A program made the position numbers and the translations under genes. The notes under the pieces were generated by a model that was given only the letters and a program-made list of their open reading frames with translations, made no database searches and had not been told where the DNA came from. This document shows positions 60,177 through 64,000 of a stretch of DNA of 64,000 nucleotides, piece after piece; position 1 is the stretch's first letter; each line of letters opens with the position of its first letter. The stretch covers positions 19,396 to 83,395 of the IMG/VR virus record IMGVR_UViG_3300006919_000001, one strand, 5' to 3'. The DNA is from a virus.

Positions 60177-60254
60177 TTTAATAAATCTTATTATATCCCC
60201 TGTTTTTTTTGAAAGGTATCTATAGTATCGACGTTAAAAAAAAAGAGTCAGTAC
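60177..60254 (-). repeat. 77-bp inverted repeat, copy B, upstream of the RNAP gene
   Basis: Reverse complement of 15303-15379 with 2 substitutions and 1 indel. Confidence 0.92.
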
Positions 60255-60283
60255 TATTCTATACCCAGTACCGCAATTCTTAA

Positions 60284-61352
60284 CTATAGCCCGTCGAAAT
60301 CTATCCAATACTGACCGTTTAAGCCCTGTTTACGCTCTTCTACTGGACTATCTATTGATTCTGCGCCACTAGTGTCGGTTTCCCTAGAGCCTTCGTTAAA
60401 CTCATTGTTATCAAACTCTAGTGACTTCCTAACTTGAGAAACTGTTTTGTTGTCAAACTCCCTAACAATTTCTTGTTGGGCCTTCGATGTTCTCTCAACA
60501 TATAATTCGGGGTCTCTAGTTAATCCAAGCAGGCTTCTAAATCCAGCAATTTGATATGCAAGGCCTTTTGGGCTGGTGTTTAATATATTGGTTATTCCGT
60601 AAATCCCACGAACCTCTCCCAAGAAATCAATCCCACTAAATCCAAATTTTGTGATAAAGTAAACGATTCTCATTTCTCTTTTTGTCCATTTCTTTTTTCC
60701 CATGATTATAAGTTTTTTCTTAACCCAAACAATATATCTCTTATCAAATTAGGATCACAATATTCTCCATATTGATTCCTACAAACCTCTGGAATACTTA
60801 TACCCATACTCGCTAATTGACTAAACGTTGTAAGTTCTTTTTGGCTCTCAATTGTTATTACAATTTCAATTGGAGTGAAATCATCCTCGTTTGGTAATGT
60901 TTTTTCTATTTTCATAATTCCTGTTTTAAATGTTATTATTGATAAAAATGCTTTGAGGCCATATTTTCAGCATCTCGCTGGTCATATCCCTGATTCATAA
61001 AATCTGCCATTAACTCTTTAAAGTTATAAATTTCTGTTACCTCCTCTAATTCCACAACTTCAAAGCTGTTAATTAAAACTTTTTCCTCCTCGGTAAACCC
61101 GAAGTCATCCATTCCACTCATTTTATTCTTATTTTTATTTTAGTTAAACAACTCCGCCATTTGCGATGTCTCACGGAAACACTTTCCAGTTAATACTACA
61201 GAAACAGTGTCGCACTCACATATTGTCAAATCTAGCCAATTAGTTTTTCCTTGCAATGCCGTCTTGGCTATGCTTTGGGAAATTTTAAAATTAACACTCT
61301 CAGTTTTAAATGACGCCTGATGTTTACTGCTCAATCTTTCAAATAATGTTTT
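60284..61352 (-). other. Four small hypothetical genes
   Basis: ORFs 60284, 60706, 60936 and 61140, downstream of promoter 61375-61407. Confidence 0.6.
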
Positions 61353-61411
61353 CATAATTGTTATTTTGTTTTGATAAAGATAAAACCTATATCCATACAA
61401 ACCTACAATTA

Positions 61412-63298
61412 CTATGAAAACTTTTTTTCAAGCCAATCTTTATCATAGTGGTCACCACTCAGTTCGTTCCCATCTTCATCAATAGGAATATACCTACCCG
61501 ATGCCTTGTGGTAATCAAAAAATGTCTCAGCTCCAGTTGTCCCAAGGTTATTCTGCTTAACCTTTAAAATCTTAACCATTACGGAACCATCGGACTTTCT
61601 ATAAACTACCCATCCATGATAACTCATTTCAAAGAATGCTGAACTACCCTTCACAGAATAAAAATCTGGAACTTCATATTCTCCGGTCTTCTCATCCTTC
61701 CTCATTTTAAAGGGGTGTGCTACTAATATAACCAATACTCCCATTTGATGAGAAAACTGTGTTAGGGCTCTTAATATCTGCTCTATCTTCTCATGTCCAC
61801 TTGACTTAGATTTTATAGATAACATATTAAAAGGGTCAATAACTACATACCTAGGGTCTCCACCCTCTTCTCTTGATAGTTGAATTTGCCTTGCCGCAAC
61901 ATCTAATATCTTTGTTACATTACCACCAGTCCTATTCGTATCAATATGCTTAAACTTACTAGTTATAAAATCATATGCCTCTCTTGTCCTACCATTATCA
62001 TCCCAAGTAGAACACGTAATATCTGAACCAACAGCTTTCCTCATTAACTTGATGATGTGCTCTTCTGGACTTTGCTCGAATCCAGCCACGATGGTTTCAT
62101 GCCCATATAGTCTAGCAAGGTCTCCCGTTATGGCATCAACAAATTCTGTCTTACCACTACCGGGTATTCCAGTGACGGTTAAAATTCCGGTACCTTTTGG
62201 TCGGAACACTTCTGCAAAGTTCTTAAAGGAAACTTCAAATCCAACCCTATCTCCTTCTGCAATAACCTCCAGTACTTTTCCGAACAATGAACTATAGTCA
62301 ATTAGTCCACTTTCCTCATCCGGCTCATCTTCCGAATCCTCACCAACAGACTCTCTTTTAACTTTCTTAGGCTCTTTTGACTTGAACTCCGAATAGTCAA
62401 TTTCATCATCATCATAATCCTCTACATCATCCGCTTTTCTCAAATCATATGGCCACCTTGTTTGTGGGTAGTCTTTGGCTAGATTAGTTACCTCTAGGAA
62501 TCGATTTTGATTGTCATTGGATACTTTAAATTCGGCCTCTGAAAAATCTATCACAAATGACAAATCTTCTTGAGGGTGTTTGAATCCAAATTTCGCAAGG
62601 TCTAATATTGAGACCTGAATGAAATGGAAATTGTTATTAGTCTTCTCCAAGATATCATCCAGCAATACCGTTTCGTAAAAATCCGAAACATCATCCCATA
62701 GATTCTTTGACTCATCTCTCTTTTCTAATTCTCCATTACTAACCTCGATATCCTTTAGCATAATAAAGGCTGGTTCCACTTCTAGGTTAATGAGAATATC
62801 AGGATCCCAAGTCACAATTAAGCAATCTGTAACTGACAAGAAATCTACCTTTCCATAGTCTTCAAATTCTTGAATAATCTGTTTTCCAATTTGCCTATAA
62901 TTATCAGCCGTTATAAATTCCGGCTGAACATAGTATAGAACTTTAATTCCGTTTCCACTTGGAGATACCATTGCAGCTAAAACATTATCAAACTGCTCCA
63001 TTATATCTACCTTATATTCTTCCAATTCATCGGCTATTATATCATCAATGTCCAATACAATCAATCCGCTTGCTTCTGTGAAATTACTTTTCTTTCTCTC
63101 AAATGAAAATAACCCGTGCATAGCATAGGTTGGAAGGTGTTGTTTGATGGTTTCATCTCCAGCCCTTAGTTTCGTAATCTCATCTCTATACTCACCGCAT
63201 TTTATTGAATTTAGAATTTCCTCAATTTTTGTTGAGTTTGCAACTTCTGTTTTGTATGTAGATTTAAATCCACTTACCTTTGTTTCAAATATACTCAT
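61412..63298 (-). CDS. Primase-helicase: BT4734/VirE-N primase-like domain + DnaB/Twinkle-like SF4 helicase
   Basis: SGLIVLDID, SPSGNGIK; TGIPGSGKT, VVIDPFN, LVAHP.K, VKGS. Confidence 0.88.
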   Translation of the reverse strand: MSIFETKVSGFKSTYKTEVANSTKIEEILNSIKCGEYRDEITKLRAGDETIKQHLPTYAMHGLFSFERKKSNFTEASGLIVLDIDDIIADELEEYKVDIMEQFDNVLAAMVSPSGNGIKVLYYVQPEFITADNYRQIGKQIIQEFEDYGKVDFLSVTDCLIVTWDPDILINLEVEPAFIMLKDIEVSNGELEKRDESKNLWDDVSDFYETVLLDDILEKTNNNFHFIQVSILDLAKFGFKHPQEDLSFVIDFSEAEFKVSNDNQNRFLEVTNLAKDYPQTRWPYDLRKADDVEDYDDDEIDYSEFKSKEPKKVKRESVGEDSEDEPDEESGLIDYSSLFGKVLEVIAEGDRVGFEVSFKNFAEVFRPKGTGILTVTGIPGSGKTEFVDAITGDLARLYGHETIVAGFEQSPEEHIIKLMRKAVGSDITCSTWDDNGRTREAYDFITSKFKHIDTNRTGGNVTKILDVAARQIQLSREEGGDPRYVVIDPFNMLSIKSKSSGHEKIEQILRALTQFSHQMGVLVILVAHPFKMRKDEKTGEYEVPDFYSVKGSSAFFEMSYHGWVVYRKSDGSVMVKILKVKQNNLGTTGAETFFDYHKASGRYIPIDEDGNELSGDHYDKDWLEKKFS

Positions 63299-63308
63299 AT
63301 TTTCATAA

Positions 63309-63986
63309 TTATTGTTTTTGGTATAAATATTCGTATTCTACTGAATCACCTCTTCTTAATTTCAAATCTTCCTTTATTAAAAGACTTTTTATAGCATTAC
63401 CTCTTAGCTTAGAATTTACTCCAGCTCCAATGCGCAACCCTTCTGCTGTTACTTTGTATGTTCTGACATTATATATAGATGATGGAGAAAAGTCCAGTAC
63501 ATCGCTTAAAACCAATACCTGTCCATGCTCTAGCGACATCTTCTCCGCACTCATAATTGATTCTCCAACCCTGGTACTCTTTGCGTCCTCAAAATACTTT
63601 TCGAAATTTTTTGTCCGGAAGATAGTTCCCGGATTCAAATTTGTATGCATTACCTTGTCATCTTTCCACCTTAGGTATCTATTTGAGACAACCGACTTAA
63701 TGTCATTGATTGAGTAGTTTTTTAACCTAGCGGTTAATATAGATATGTTGTGTTTCGAGTTTGGATCAAATTTTCGTCCATATAAATTATTCATGAAATC
63801 AATAATCTCCACAACCTCTTTTGATGCGGTTTTCTTTTTGATATTTTTTACGGCATTGTCACATCCACTCCATTCGATAAGTCCTTTTTTATGGAGAAGG
63901 ATAAGTGCCAAGTTAGCCTCTCTCATATTGGTCACTGCCTTGAACTTTGCCAAGGTCATTTTTGGGTCTATTTCTTTTACGGCCAT
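63309..63986 (-). CDS. Replication initiator-like protein (conserved phage C-terminal domain)
   Basis: IIDFMN...GRKF...I..ARL..YS..D.K.V...W..D..M...L.P.T.F...FEKY. Confidence 0.7.
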   Translation of the reverse strand: MAVKEIDPKMTLAKFKAVTNMREANLALILLHKKGLIEWSGCDNAVKNIKKKTASKEVVEIIDFMNNLYGRKFDPNSKHNISILTARLKNYSINDIKSVVSNRYLRWKDDKVMHTNLNPGTIFRTKNFEKYFEDAKSTRVGESIMSAEKMSLEHGQVLVLSDVLDFSPSSIYNVRTYKVTAEGLRIGAGVNSKLRGNAIKSLLIKEDLKLRRGDSVEYEYLYQKQ

Positions 63987-64000
63987 TATTGTTAATAACA

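Noticed and set aside
713-63717. Plus-strand ORFs in the track
   Set aside because: Nearly all are antisense shadows of well-supported minus-strand genes, with no motifs or leaders.
1-64000. Prophage/integration module
   Set aside because: No integrase, repressor or host flanking genes are visible; lifestyle cannot be determined from this window.

Overview
This window is an AT-rich, 64-kb segment of a tailed dsDNA phage, probably a siphovirus. A Bacteroidetes (Flavobacteriaceae-like) host is inferred from TAnnTTTG-type promoters, AT-rich non-Shine-Dalgarno leaders, a T9SS cargo protein and a Bacteroidetes-style lipoprotein. Essentially all real genes lie on the minus strand. In transcription order (right to left) the modules are: replication initiator and primase-helicase; a T7-like single-subunit RNA polymerase; portal, adaptor, terminase and two fibre genes; an early/host-interaction region (38.6-50.3 kb) rich in host-type promoters; tail, tape measure, PPase-ClpP-scaffold, capsid and tail tube; fibres and a depolymerase; holin and endolysin; a DEDDh exonuclease; a 7-deazaguanine DNA-modification cluster (folE, queD, queE, queC, two TGT/DpdA-like genes, ParB, P-loop kinase); a split DnaE polymerase; an ECF sigma factor; and a UvsY-like gene. 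The most unusual observations are: (1) DnaE is split inside what looks like a catalytically dead split-intein remnant; (2) five dispersed tRNA-shaped elements all have broken anticodon arms; (3) three ~110-130 bp non-coding cassettes are each flanked by convergent promoters; (4) a near-identical 77-bp inverted repeat pair lies 45 kb apart and contains a T7-promoter-like motif; (5) the phage encodes a T9SS substrate; (6) there are two divergent DpdA/TGT paralogues; (7) the prohead protease is fused to a pyrophosphatase-like domain. All calls are by eye from motifs; no database searches were run.
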